A DNA stretch of 32,000 bases. Origin: Candidatus Saccharimonadota bacterium (GTDB lineage Bacteria; Patescibacteriota; Saccharimonadia; Saccharimonadales; UBA4665). Location: contig CP023991.1 in assembly GCA_003516025.1 (NCBI GenBank), positions 841,374 to 873,373 of the forward strand. Reading direction: 5' to 3'. The notes beneath the pieces were generated by a model. The model did no database searches. It had not been told where the DNA came from and saw nothing but the letters and a program-made list of their open reading frames with translations. Shown piece by piece: positions 17,765 through 26,048 of the stretch. Position 1 is the stretch's first letter, and each line of letters starts with the position of its first letter. The translations under genes were made by a program, and so were the position numbers.

Positions 17765-18316
17765 ATGACCATCGCCAGTTACCTGATGGACCGCCTGCTG
17801 ACCTTCGCCGTCAACATCGACGAGGTGCTCGGCAGTCCCAACCCCCAGCGGTCGTACGGCCAGTTCCGCATCTGGAAGATCGAGGACGGATCACGCGGCC
17901 AGGACGAGCAGGCCCCGGACCTCACCGTCCACGCCGAAGGCGACCCGCGCGGCGAGGAGCACATGACCAACATCCGCTGGTTCCCTTCGTGGGTACAGCC
18001 CGTGCTGGTCACCGACAACTACCAGGGCCTGGTGGTGTTCTACAGCCCCGGCGGCACTCCCACGCAGATCGTGTTCTCCACGGTCGACCGGAAGCGCCGC
18101 GTCAGCTACCACATCGACCAGGACCTGCGGACCGGTGAGATGACCTTCATCACCGACTACTCCGGCCACATCTGGATGGCTTCGCCACCCGACCTGCAGT
18201 ACCGCTCTTCGCAGCAGTTCGACGCCGAGGTCATGAAGCTCATCAACGACATGTCGCCCGACATGATCGTGGGTCTCGTGATCCCCGGCCTCATCAGGGA
18301 AGCCCTGCACGGCTGA
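17765..18316 (+). CDS. Hypothetical soluble protein (183 aa), third gene of the high-GC cassette
   Basis: A strong SD (AAGGAG) lies 9 nt upstream of the ATG. The first 46 codons have about 41 G/C third positions (about 89%). There is no TM segment and I recognise no motif. Confidence 0.65.
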   Translation: MTIASYLMDRLLTFAVNIDEVLGSPNPQRSYGQFRIWKIEDGSRGQDEQAPDLTVHAEGDPRGEEHMTNIRWFPSWVQPVLVTDNYQGLVVFYSPGGTPTQIVFSTVDRKRRVSYHIDQDLRTGEMTFITDYSGHIWMASPPDLQYRSSQQFDAEVMKLINDMSPDMIVGLVIPGLIREALHG

Positions 18317-18524
18317 GCATCCGCTCATGCCGCGACCAGTCGCCCAGGAGGTGACATATGTAACAGAGACTTGCTCCAGGTGGAGAGGTGACGGGATCCG
18401 TTGATGTTTGAGCGCTTAACAGCCCTCGTAAAAACGTCAACCCCCCGCCAACCTCTCCACCTGCAGCACCCCGAACGCATGACATGCAATCAAGTATTTT
18501 CGTGCCTTCAGACAAGCTGCAGGA

Positions 18525-18558
18525 ACAGAAAAGCCCGCCTCTTTTGAGACGGGCTTTT
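18525..18558. terminator. Rho-independent terminator of nrdJ, possibly bidirectional and also closing the plus-strand cassette
   Basis: The minus strand reads GCCCGUCUC-AAAA-GAGGCGGGC followed by UUUUCUGUU, a 9-bp stem with one G-U pair. The plus strand forms a similar stem with one C-A mismatch, followed by UUUUAGG. A second small perfect hairpin (ttgcgac-ttt-gtcgcaa) lies at 18567-18583. Confidence 0.7.
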
Positions 18559-18605
18559 AGGATTAATTGCGACTTTGTCGCAATTTGACTTACGGTTACT
18601 ACGGC

Positions 18606-21452
18606 TTAAGAGCAGCCGGTAGTCGACCCGCAACTGGAGCAGACATAGCAGCTTCCGGCGCGCTGGGTCTGATTGCCACAGTTGTAGCACAGTGGCGCGG
18701 TGCTGTCGCCGCCACCAAGCTTGGCGTCGGCGGTCGCTACAGCAGGCGCTTCCGTTACAGCTGGTGAATGTTCGTGAGCTTCGTGCTCGCGGACGGGCGT
18801 GGCCGCGGCAGCGGGCTGGTTAGCGGTAACATCGACCTTCTGGTCATTGTCAGCATTACCGAGCAAGCTGGTCTGGTCGTCACTTGGCATGTCGTCGAAG
18901 CTGGCCAGACCAAGCTCCAGGCGGTCATCGAAGCTGAGGTAGTCCAGGGCCAAACGGCGGAAGATATAGTCAGTAATCGAACTGGCGGTGCGGATGTCGC
19001 TGTCGTCGGTAATACCGCTCGGCGCGAATGACGTACCGCGCATCGTCTTAACATAGCTCTTTAGTGGTACGCCGTACTGCAGGCCATGGCTGACGCTGAT
19101 CGCGAAAGAGTCCATCAAACCGGAAAGCGTACTTCCCTGCTTTGACACGTTAATGAACAGTTCGCCCGGAGTACTATCTTCGAATTCACCGACCGTAAAG
19201 TAACCCTTGAGGTCACTCAGGCGGAATTCGTAGGTGCGGCCGTTACGGCGCTTTGGCAGCTCGCGCTTCACGGCACCCTTCACGATGATGCGGTCGTTAG
19301 TGGTTTCAACGGCAGCCGTAGCAGCCGGCTCGGTCTTCTCGGAATCTGCTTTCTTCGCCATGCTGAGCGGCTGGGCAACCTTACAGTTGTCGCGGTAGAT
19401 AGCGACGGCTTTCAGGCCCATCTTCCAGGCGTCAATATGCAATTGCTCGATATCTTCGACAGTAGCCTCTTCGGGCAGGTTGACGGTCTTAGAGATCGCG
19501 CCGGACAGGAATGGCTGAACGGCAGCCATCATCTTAACGTGACCGAGGTAGTGAATACTGTTGTCACCCATTGAGCAGGCGAAGACGCTCAGGTGTTCCG
19601 GCTTGAGAGCTGGAGCGCCAACGATAGTCTTTTCGGTGTCGATGTAGGCGACAATATCCGCGACCTGCTGTTTGTCGTATCCCAATGCTTTAAGCGCGCG
19701 TGGTACGGTCTGGTTCACGATATGCATCGTTCCACCACCGACCAGCTTCTTAACTTTGACCAGGCCGAGATCCGGCTCGATACCCGTAGTGTCGCAGTCC
19801 ATCATCAGGCCGATAGTACCGGTAGGCGCCAGTACGGAAGCCTGTGAGTTGCGGACGCCGTGCAGTTCACCCTGCTCGACGGCTTCATCCCAAGCAGCGG
19901 CAGCGGCACTGAGGAGCTCTTCGGAAACGAGTGACGCGTCGATAGCCGAAACTGCTTCGCGGTGCATTTTGAGCACATTGATCATGCCTTCGCGGTCCTT
20001 ATGGAAGCCAGCGAACGGACCGACTTTCTGGGCGATCTTGGCGCTGGTAGCGTAAGCTTGGCCAGTCAGCAATGCAGTGATGGCAGCGGCCTGGGCGCGG
20101 CCTTCTTCGGAGTCGTACGGCAGGCCTTGAGCCATCAGGAGGGCGCCGAGGTTAGCGTAGCCGATACCGAGTTCGCGGTAGGCCCGGGCGTTCTTGGTAA
20201 TGCCTTCGGTCGGGTAAGCACTGTAGCCGACCAGGATTTCCTGGGCGGTAAAGATCAACTCAACTGTGTGGATAAAGCTCTTAATATCGAACGAACCGTC
20301 GTCCTTCAGGAACTTCAGCAGGTTGAGGCTGGCCAGGTTACAGGCCGAGTTGTCGAGGTGCATGTATTCGGAGCATGGATTGGAACCGTTGATACGGCCG
20401 GCATTCGGTGTGGTGTGCCACTTGTTAATGACCGTGTCGAACTGCATGCCGGGGTCGGCACATTCCCAGGCCGCCTTAGCGAATTCGCGCATGATGTCGC
20501 GGGCTTTCACGGTAGCAACGGTGCGGCCGTCTTTTGTTGCCTTGAGGTCCCAATCGGCGTCGCTTTCGACGGCTTCCATGAATTCGTCGGTAACACGGAC
20601 CGAGTTGTTAGCGTTCTGGTACTGGACACTGAAGATGTCTTTACCGTCGAGGGTCATATCGAAGCCGGCAGCTTCCAGGGCGCGGGCCTTGCGCTCCTCG
20701 ATCATCTTGGAACGGATAAATTCCATAACGTCCGGATGGTCAACATTCAAGATCACCATCTTGGCAGCGCGACGGGTTTTACCACCACTCTTAATGGCAC
20801 CGGCGCTACTGTCGGCACCACGCATGAAGCTGAGCGGGCCGCTGGCGGTACCGCCGCTTTGGGAAAGAGGCTCCACGCTGGAACGGATAGCCGACAGGTT
20901 GATACCGGCACCGGAACCACCCTTAAAGATCATGCCTTCTTCGACATACCAGTTCAGGATCGACTCCATAGTGTCCTGGACACCGAGGATAAAGCAGGCG
21001 CTGGCCTGCTGAGCGCGTTCTGGCGCGCCGATGTTGAACCAAACCGGGCTGTTGAAAGCAGCGCGCTGGGTAGCCAGTACGTACTTCAGTTCTTCGCGGT
21101 AGTCTTCGGCTTCGGTAGAATTAGACCCTTCGCTGAAGTAACCTTCCTGGATTCCCTGGCGCACGACAGTATCAACCACGCGGTCGATCAGGTGCTTCAG
21201 GCTGGCTTCGCGCTCAGGAGTGCCGGGAGTACCGGTAAAGTACTTCTGAGCCACGATGTTGATTGAGTTCTGGCTCCAGCCTTCCGGCATTTCAATACCG
21301 TTTTGCTCGAAGACGTTCTTGCCGGTCATCGGATTAGTGATGACGCTGTCCCGAGTCGTCCACTTTAGCTGGTCGTAAGCCTTGGTCTTCGGTTCCGTAA
21401 ATAAACGGCGATTTGACTCGGCTTTATCGGCCTTACTCGTTGTTTGCCCCAT
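18606..21452 (-). CDS. nrdJ: Class II (adenosylcobalamin-dependent) ribonucleotide reductase
   Basis: A 948-aa ORF with the typical NrdJ N-terminus (...WSQNSINIVAQKYF...). The catalytic region includes NPCSEY and SACNLASLNL. The C-terminal tail has a CxxC...CxxC pattern (CYNCGNQTQRAGSCYVCSSCG). A GGAGGG SD lies upstream and nrdR is adjacent. Confidence 0.9.
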   Translation of the reverse strand: MGQTTSKADKAESNRRLFTEPKTKAYDQLKWTTRDSVITNPMTGKNVFEQNGIEMPEGWSQNSINIVAQKYFTGTPGTPEREASLKHLIDRVVDTVVRQGIQEGYFSEGSNSTEAEDYREELKYVLATQRAAFNSPVWFNIGAPERAQQASACFILGVQDTMESILNWYVEEGMIFKGGSGAGINLSAIRSSVEPLSQSGGTASGPLSFMRGADSSAGAIKSGGKTRRAAKMVILNVDHPDVMEFIRSKMIEERKARALEAAGFDMTLDGKDIFSVQYQNANNSVRVTDEFMEAVESDADWDLKATKDGRTVATVKARDIMREFAKAAWECADPGMQFDTVINKWHTTPNAGRINGSNPCSEYMHLDNSACNLASLNLLKFLKDDGSFDIKSFIHTVELIFTAQEILVGYSAYPTEGITKNARAYRELGIGYANLGALLMAQGLPYDSEEGRAQAAAITALLTGQAYATSAKIAQKVGPFAGFHKDREGMINVLKMHREAVSAIDASLVSEELLSAAAAAWDEAVEQGELHGVRNSQASVLAPTGTIGLMMDCDTTGIEPDLGLVKVKKLVGGGTMHIVNQTVPRALKALGYDKQQVADIVAYIDTEKTIVGAPALKPEHLSVFACSMGDNSIHYLGHVKMMAAVQPFLSGAISKTVNLPEEATVEDIEQLHIDAWKMGLKAVAIYRDNCKVAQPLSMAKKADSEKTEPAATAAVETTNDRIIVKGAVKRELPKRRNGRTYEFRLSDLKGYFTVGEFEDSTPGELFINVSKQGSTLSGLMDSFAISVSHGLQYGVPLKSYVKTMRGTSFAPSGITDDSDIRTASSITDYIFRRLALDYLSFDDRLELGLASFDDMPSDDQTSLLGNADNDQKVDVTANQPAAAATPVREHEAHEHSPAVTEAPAVATADAKLGGGDSTAPLCYNCGNQTQRAGSCYVCSSCGSTTGCS

Positions 21453-21514
21453 AATTGTTACCCTCCGTTATTGGCCTGCGGACCTCACTCCCCAGACCTA
21501 TTTGACTTGTTTTT

Positions 21515-21623
21515 GTTTAGAGTGCGTACCTCGGGCTCGCTTTCCTAAGATACAAACGCTCTCCTCTGGTTTGTAGCAAAACATGCTGTTACAAAACAGC
21601 GGAGAGCCGTCAAAGCTCTAAAC
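21515..21623 (-). other. Structured RNA element in the nrdR-nrdJ spacer (function unknown)
   Basis: Nested complementarity is visible. GUUUAGAG (21616-21623 on the minus strand) pairs with CUCUAAAC (21515-21522). GCUCUCC pairs with GGAGAGC (21558-21564 with 21601-21607). There is a perfect hairpin gctgtt-acaa-aacagc at 21585-21600. A mutually exclusive alternative helix pairs tttgtagca (21570-21578) with tgc(tgt)tacaaa (21584-21595). No U-tract follows. Confidence 0.4.
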
Positions 21624-21654
21624 GCGCCTCCGCCACGCGCGTGCGCAGCGAAGG

Positions 21655-22128
21655 TTATTCTTTGACGAGATCCAATTTCTGCTCTCGGATGTGCGAAAGT
21701 TCCTGTTCAAAGCTTGATATGTCCTTGAAGCGCCGATAGACGCTCGCGAACCGCACGTAGGCGACTTCATCAACTTTACTGAGATGCTCTATTACCAGTC
21801 CGCCAATTTTAGCGGAGCTGACTTCCGGTTCACCGCAGGCGTACAGCTGGTGCTCGATATCAAGTACGATCCGTTCGATCTGCAGGCTGGTAACCGGTGT
21901 TTTCTCGCATGCCCGGTATAACCCGGCCAGGAGTTTTTCGCGGCTGAACATCTGCCGCTTGCCATCGTTCTTAACAACGATCAGCTGCGGCCGCTCCAAC
22001 CGTTCATAGGTCGTAAATCGGTAATTGCACTCCGGGCACAGCCGGCGGCGGCGGGTAGCCTCGCCTTCTGAAACATCTCGCGATTCAATCACTTTCGTAT
22101 CCTGAAACTGACATTGGGTGCATTTCAT
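21655..22128 (-). CDS. nrdR: Transcriptional repressor NrdR (zinc ribbon plus ATP-cone)
   Basis: MKCTQCQFQDTKVIESR...RRRRLCPECNYRFTTYERLE is the canonical NrdR zinc ribbon, followed by an ATP-cone-like region. The size (157 aa) fits, and it sits directly upstream of nrdJ. Confidence 0.95.
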   Translation of the reverse strand: MKCTQCQFQDTKVIESRDVSEGEATRRRRLCPECNYRFTTYERLERPQLIVVKNDGKRQMFSREKLLAGLYRACEKTPVTSLQIERIVLDIEHQLYACGEPEVSSAKIGGLVIEHLSKVDEVAYVRFASVYRRFKDISSFEQELSHIREQKLDLVKE

Positions 22129-22169
22129 AAATACCCCCTTTATTTCTCCTCATTTTCCCTCTTAAGGTG

Positions 22170-22214
22170 CTACCGCATATGGTGATTAACTAGCTTAATC
22201 TCTACATGTGGTGG
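22170..22214 (-). promoter_or_regulatory. Two NrdR-box-like imperfect palindromes upstream of nrdR
   Basis: On the minus strand, tCACCATATGcggtag lies at 22170-22185 and accaCCACATGTAGaga lies at 22199-22214. They match the published NrdR-box consensus acaCwAtATaTwGtgt at about 9-10 of 16 positions each. Both share CACCAYATG, and their centres are about 29-30 bp apart. They lie 42-87 nt upstream of the nrdR ATG, just downstream of a candidate promoter. Confidence 0.4.
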
Positions 22215-22225
22215 TTAGCCATCTA

Positions 22226-22254
22226 AGCATAACCCTACCTATAGCGTTTTACAA
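22226..22254 (-). promoter_or_regulatory. Candidate sigma-70-type promoter of the nrdR-nrdJ operon
   Basis: The minus strand reads TTGTAA (22249-22254), a 17-nt spacer, then TATGCT (22226-22231). It sits between the ftsZ terminator and the NrdR-box-like sites. Confidence 0.3.
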
Positions 22255-22290
22255 TACAAAATGTGCTGTAGAATTTAGTACGCTTATGGT

Positions 22291-22331
22291 TAAAAATAAA
22301 GGGCTGTTCCCCTGTTGGAACAGCCCTTTAT
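22291..22331 (-). terminator. Rho-independent terminator downstream of ftsZ
   Basis: A perfect 13-bp stem pairs aaagggctgttcc (22298-22310) with ggaacagcccttt (22317-22329), with a 6-nt loop. On the minus strand it is followed by TTTATTTTT. Confidence 0.8.
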
Positions 22332-22351
22332 TGTAGTAAAATCGCCGTAAA

Positions 22352-23761
22352 TTAGTCTTTTTTATCGTCTTCTGACTCGTCGTTGGTACTTTTACGGCGG
22401 CGTAAACGGCGCAGGAAGGACGGCCGCTCAAGCTCATCCTCATGGTCGCTGGTAAATACCTGGCCATGGTTTACGTCCGCCGAAGCCGGGTGGTCGCTGC
22501 CCAGCAAGGCATTGTCATCATGGGATGATACGCCGATGTTCGAGCGGTTATCCTCATGATGCTCCTGGCGGCTTTCGTCGTGGCTCTCATCATCGATTGT
22601 CCAGATGTTCGGCATTGGGGTGTCGCTGGCAAAATTATCGTCGTCCTTTTCGTCGAGCGACAGGTCTATATTCGACAGAGTCTTGTCGTCAGCCGTAGCG
22701 GCAGCGCCCATGACACCGGCATGCATAGAGCCGGCCGGCGTGGCAACCGCGGGCTGAGCTTCCAGCGGAGAGGCAGCTACACCGTCAACACGCTTAGTAT
22801 AATAGGCGGCATCAAAACCGGTCGCCACAACTGTAATGATAATTTCACCTTCGAGATCGGGGCTAATGGTAGCACCAAAGATGATATTGGCGTCAGGATC
22901 GGCGGCGGCGGTAATCGCTTCGGCGGCGGTATTGATCTCGTGCATCGACAGATCGTTACCACCAATGATATTGAAGAGCACGCCGCGCGCGCCATCAATA
23001 GACACTTCAAGAAGTGGCGAGTCAATTGCCTGCTTGGCAGCTTCAATGGCCCGGTCATCGCCACTGGCGCGGCCGATACCCATAAGCGCGGACCCGGCGT
23101 TGCTCATAACGGCTTTGACATCAGCGAAGTCGAGGTTAATGAGACCATTAACAGTAATAAGATCCGAGATGCCCTGGACACCTTGGCGCAATACGTCGTC
23201 GGCCACTTTAAACGCTTCAAGCAGCGGCGTGTCGCGGTTTATAGTCTGTAGCAAGCGGTCGTTTGGAATAATGATAAGCGTATCGACCGACTGGCGCAGG
23301 TTGTTGATAGCCAACTCGGCGTTGCGGCGGCGTTTTTCACCTTCAAAGGCGAACGGCTTGGTAGCGAAGCCCACTACCAAGATGCCGAGCTCCCGGGCTA
23401 CCTGGGCGACGACGTGGCCGGCGCCACTACCCGTACCACCACCGGCTCCAAGCGTAATAAATACCATGTCAGCGCCTTCGATAGCCGTACGAATCTCTTC
23501 GCGGGACTCCTCGGCGGCCTTCTGTCCCACGCCTGGATCGGCACCGGCGCCAAGACCGCGGGTAGCATCCTTACCAATATGTATCTTTTTGCTCGCTTCC
23601 GAATGATGCAGCGCCTGGGCATCGGTATTAACGACGATGAACTCGACGCCTTCGATGCCAGCTTCAATCATGCGGTTAACAGCCGCGCCCCCGGCGCCAC
23701 CAACGCCGATCACTTTAATGCGTGCGAATGTTTCAATTGCTGGCTCAACTGCTTGTGGCAT
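22352..23761 (-). CDS. ftsZ: Cell division GTPase FtsZ (469 aa, long acidic/His-rich C-terminal linker)
   Basis: The tubulin signature GGGTGSG, plus [24 protein letters not shown] and [11 protein letters not shown], are all present. A C-terminal FtsA-binding-like peptide (ERPSFLRRL) is followed by a charged tail. Confidence 0.95.
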   Translation of the reverse strand: MPQAVEPAIETFARIKVIGVGGAGGAAVNRMIEAGIEGVEFIVVNTDAQALHHSEASKKIHIGKDATRGLGAGADPGVGQKAAEESREEIRTAIEGADMVFITLGAGGGTGSGAGHVVAQVARELGILVVGFATKPFAFEGEKRRRNAELAINNLRQSVDTLIIIPNDRLLQTINRDTPLLEAFKVADDVLRQGVQGISDLITVNGLINLDFADVKAVMSNAGSALMGIGRASGDDRAIEAAKQAIDSPLLEVSIDGARGVLFNIIGGNDLSMHEINTAAEAITAAADPDANIIFGATISPDLEGEIIITVVATGFDAAYYTKRVDGVAASPLEAQPAVATPAGSMHAGVMGAAATADDKTLSNIDLSLDEKDDDNFASDTPMPNIWTIDDESHDESRQEHHEDNRSNIGVSSHDDNALLGSDHPASADVNHGQVFTSDHEDELERPSFLRRLRRRKSTNDESEDDKKD

Positions 23762-23997
23762 AGTCCCGTATGTACCCTTCTATATCTATATAACGTCTAT
23801 GTGTTCAGTATACCATTGTCGGCTTCACCGGCACAACAACATATGTATACGGCCTATCCGGGTGCTTTAAGCGGTGCCGGAACAACCATAATGCAGCGCG
23901 CCAGGAGTCTCCGCAGTACAAGTTAAAGCGGCATTTAAAAGTGCTTATGCACACAAATTTTATACATACATAACAGCTCATTAACGGAGGCGGGTGG

Positions 23998-25239
23998 TTA
24001 TTTGCGGAAGCGCTCGAGCAAACCTTCGACAAAGCCAAAAGCCTTGCCGTTCGGACGGCCATACTGGCCCTCTGACTGTTCAACTGGCAACAGCAACATG
24101 TCGAGCAGCATCAGGCCGACGACCGTATAAAATGACGGATCATCCACCGTATCAGCCAAACCGGTCACGGTCTGCAGGACACCAACGCGGGCCGGCAGCT
24201 GCAATTGCTCTTTAGCGAATTCAGCTAAACCAGGTAATTTAGCAGTACCACCAGCCAGCACGACACCGCCAGGCAGCTTTCGGGCACGGCGAATTTTAAG
24301 CAGCTCTTTGTTGACATATTCGAACAGCTCCTCAACCCGGGCTTCAGTAATCATGACCACATCGTCCATTTTGAAGTGTTCCATGGTCTCGCCGCTTTTC
24401 ACGCTGGCGACTGCCTTCGTGGTCTGCAGCAATGTCGCGTGATTAACCTTAACCTGCTCCGCTACTTCGAGGTCAGTCTTCAGGCCGATCGCCAAATCGT
24501 TCGTGATGTGCATACCGCCAATTGGAAGGACGGCTACGTGTTGTACTTCGCCATCTTCGACCACAATAAGATTCGTCGTGCCTGAACCAATATCCAGCAC
24601 TACGGTACCGGCCTCTTTTTGCTGCCGGTTTAAAACTGCCTCAGCCGATGCCAAACTCGATAGCGTGTGGTGTGTTGGCACGATCTGGGCCTTTTCCAGC
24701 GCCATATCCAAATTACGCAAGTTAGGGCTGGCAGCCGTCACGATATGGGCGTCAACTTCCAAACGGACGCCGTTCATGCCAACCGGGTCCTTAATGTTGC
24801 GCTGCCCGTCTAAACTATAATTTTTAGCGAAAAACTGGATAATCTCACGGTTAGCGGGCATTTTTATGACGGTAGCCGCCTCTTCGACGCGCATCCGGTC
24901 ATCCGGGGTGATTTCCCGGGTGGCGCTTGATATGGCGATCACGCCCTTGCTATCCATTCCCTCGACGTGCGTGCCGTTAACATTTACCGTGGCGCGGTTG
25001 ATTTGGACGCCGGAAATCCGCTCCGCTTCGGTAACCGCGTTTATAATCGCTTCGGCCACGTCTTCGACATGCACGACGGCGCCCTTACGCGTTCCAATAT
25101 TAACCGACGCACCGTGGCCGATAATTGATGGTTTTCCTGAACCGTTGGCATCAACCATACCGACGACACAACGTACGGCAGTCGTGCCTATATCCAGGCC
25201 AATAAAAGTATTCTGAGCGCTATTTTGCATATTAGGCAT
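23998..25239 (-). CDS. ftsA: Cell division protein FtsA (actin-like ATPase)
   Basis: FIGLDIGTTAVRCVVG is the phosphate-1 motif and VVLDIGSGTTNLIV is the phosphate-2 motif. GGVVLAGGTAKLPGL is also present. The 413-aa ORF lies immediately upstream of ftsZ. Confidence 0.9.
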   Translation of the reverse strand: MPNMQNSAQNTFIGLDIGTTAVRCVVGMVDANGSGKPSIIGHGASVNIGTRKGAVVHVEDVAEAIINAVTEAERISGVQINRATVNVNGTHVEGMDSKGVIAISSATREITPDDRMRVEEAATVIKMPANREIIQFFAKNYSLDGQRNIKDPVGMNGVRLEVDAHIVTAASPNLRNLDMALEKAQIVPTHHTLSSLASAEAVLNRQQKEAGTVVLDIGSGTTNLIVVEDGEVQHVAVLPIGGMHITNDLAIGLKTDLEVAEQVKVNHATLLQTTKAVASVKSGETMEHFKMDDVVMITEARVEELFEYVNKELLKIRRARKLPGGVVLAGGTAKLPGLAEFAKEQLQLPARVGVLQTVTGLADTVDDPSFYTVVGLMLLDMLLLPVEQSEGQYGRPNGKAFGFVEGLLERFRK

Positions 25240-25285
25240 TCTTAGACATAAGTATACCGCTATAGCTTGACTTTGGGCAAGTCGT

Positions 25286-26041
25286 CTATAGTTGCGTTAA
25301 TATTTCAGCGCCGTCTTCAGTAATAAGTACAGTGTGCTCGAAATGAGCCGCCCAAGAACCGTCGGCAGTCAGAATCGTCCATTGGTCGGGTGCTACATAC
25401 ACCTTTTCAGTTCCCAGCGTCGCCATCGGTTCAATGGCGATCGTCATCCCCTTTGATAACCATGGGCCAGTATGAGGACGGCCGTAGTTCGGTATATTCG
25501 GGTCTTCATGCATATGGTGCCCCACGCCGTGCCCGACAAGATCACGGACAATTCCATACTTACCCTTATTGAGAACCGCCTGCACGGCAGCGCCGATATC
25601 ACCGGTTCGCACCTGATCGTGAACAGCGGCAATACCTTCATACATCGAGCTTTCGGTCATTTGCACCAATTCCTTATGGCGCTGCTCTTTTGGTTGGTCA
25701 ACGATGACGCTAATGGCACCGTCGGTAATCATACCGTCGTATAACACGCCGAAATCAAGACCAACGATATCACCGGATTGAAGGATTTTTGCGGTGGATG
25801 GAATGCCATGCACCACTTCCTGGTTGACTGAAATGCATATGATATCGGGAAAACCCTGATAGCCCAAAAAGACCGGCTTGCCGCCAAGGCTCTCCAGCTC
25901 GCGGGCAGCCAGAATCGCCAGATCTTTCGTGGACATGCCGGCAGTCATTTCCTTTTTTAGATATTGCAGTACAGTGGCCAGCATCCGGCCGCTGTCGCGC
26001 ATGGCGGCAATCTCTGCTTCAGTTTTTACTTGTGTCATCAT
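25286..26041 (-). CDS. map: Methionine aminopeptidase, type I
   Basis: The metal-binding pattern is present: VHGIPS, DFGVLYDGMITDGA, HGVGHHMHEDP, IEPM and EHTVLIT. The start is set at the ATG at 26041 (MMTQVKTEAEI). The 54-codon upstream extension in the ORF track overlaps adk and has no MAP similarity. Confidence 0.9.
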   Translation of the reverse strand: MMTQVKTEAEIAAMRDSGRMLATVLQYLKKEMTAGMSTKDLAILAARELESLGGKPVFLGYQGFPDIICISVNQEVVHGIPSTAKILQSGDIVGLDFGVLYDGMITDGAISVIVDQPKEQRHKELVQMTESSMYEGIAAVHDQVRTGDIGAAVQAVLNKGKYGIVRDLVGHGVGHHMHEDPNIPNYGRPHTGPWLSKGMTIAIEPMATLGTEKVYVAPDQWTILTADGSWAAHFEHTVLITEDGAEILTQL

Positions 26042-26048
26042 ATAGGTA

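Noticed and set aside
17366-18328. Multiple overlapping ORFs on both strands (for example 17366-17722 -, 17392-17751 +, 17891-18328 -).
   Set aside because: Stop-codon paucity in high-GC DNA produces long spurious ORFs. Only the three chosen plus-strand frames show the strong G/C bias at third codon positions together with plausible RBSs.
21453-21654. A possible cobalamin riboswitch upstream of the B12-dependent nrdJ.
   Set aside because: I could not find a B12-box-like core (GCCACUG-type) or the expected multi-helix junction pattern. Cobalamin riboswitches also classically control B12-independent isozymes or B12 transport, not nrdJ. The region is kept only as an unclassified structured element.
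22249-22467. A 72-aa minus-strand ORF spanning the ftsZ terminator region, plus ORFs at 23414-23926, 23637-23870 and 23805-24083 in or around the ftsA-ftsZ spacer.
   Set aside because: They overlap strong real genes or a terminator hairpin, lack RBSs, and have arbitrary composition. They are treated as spurious.
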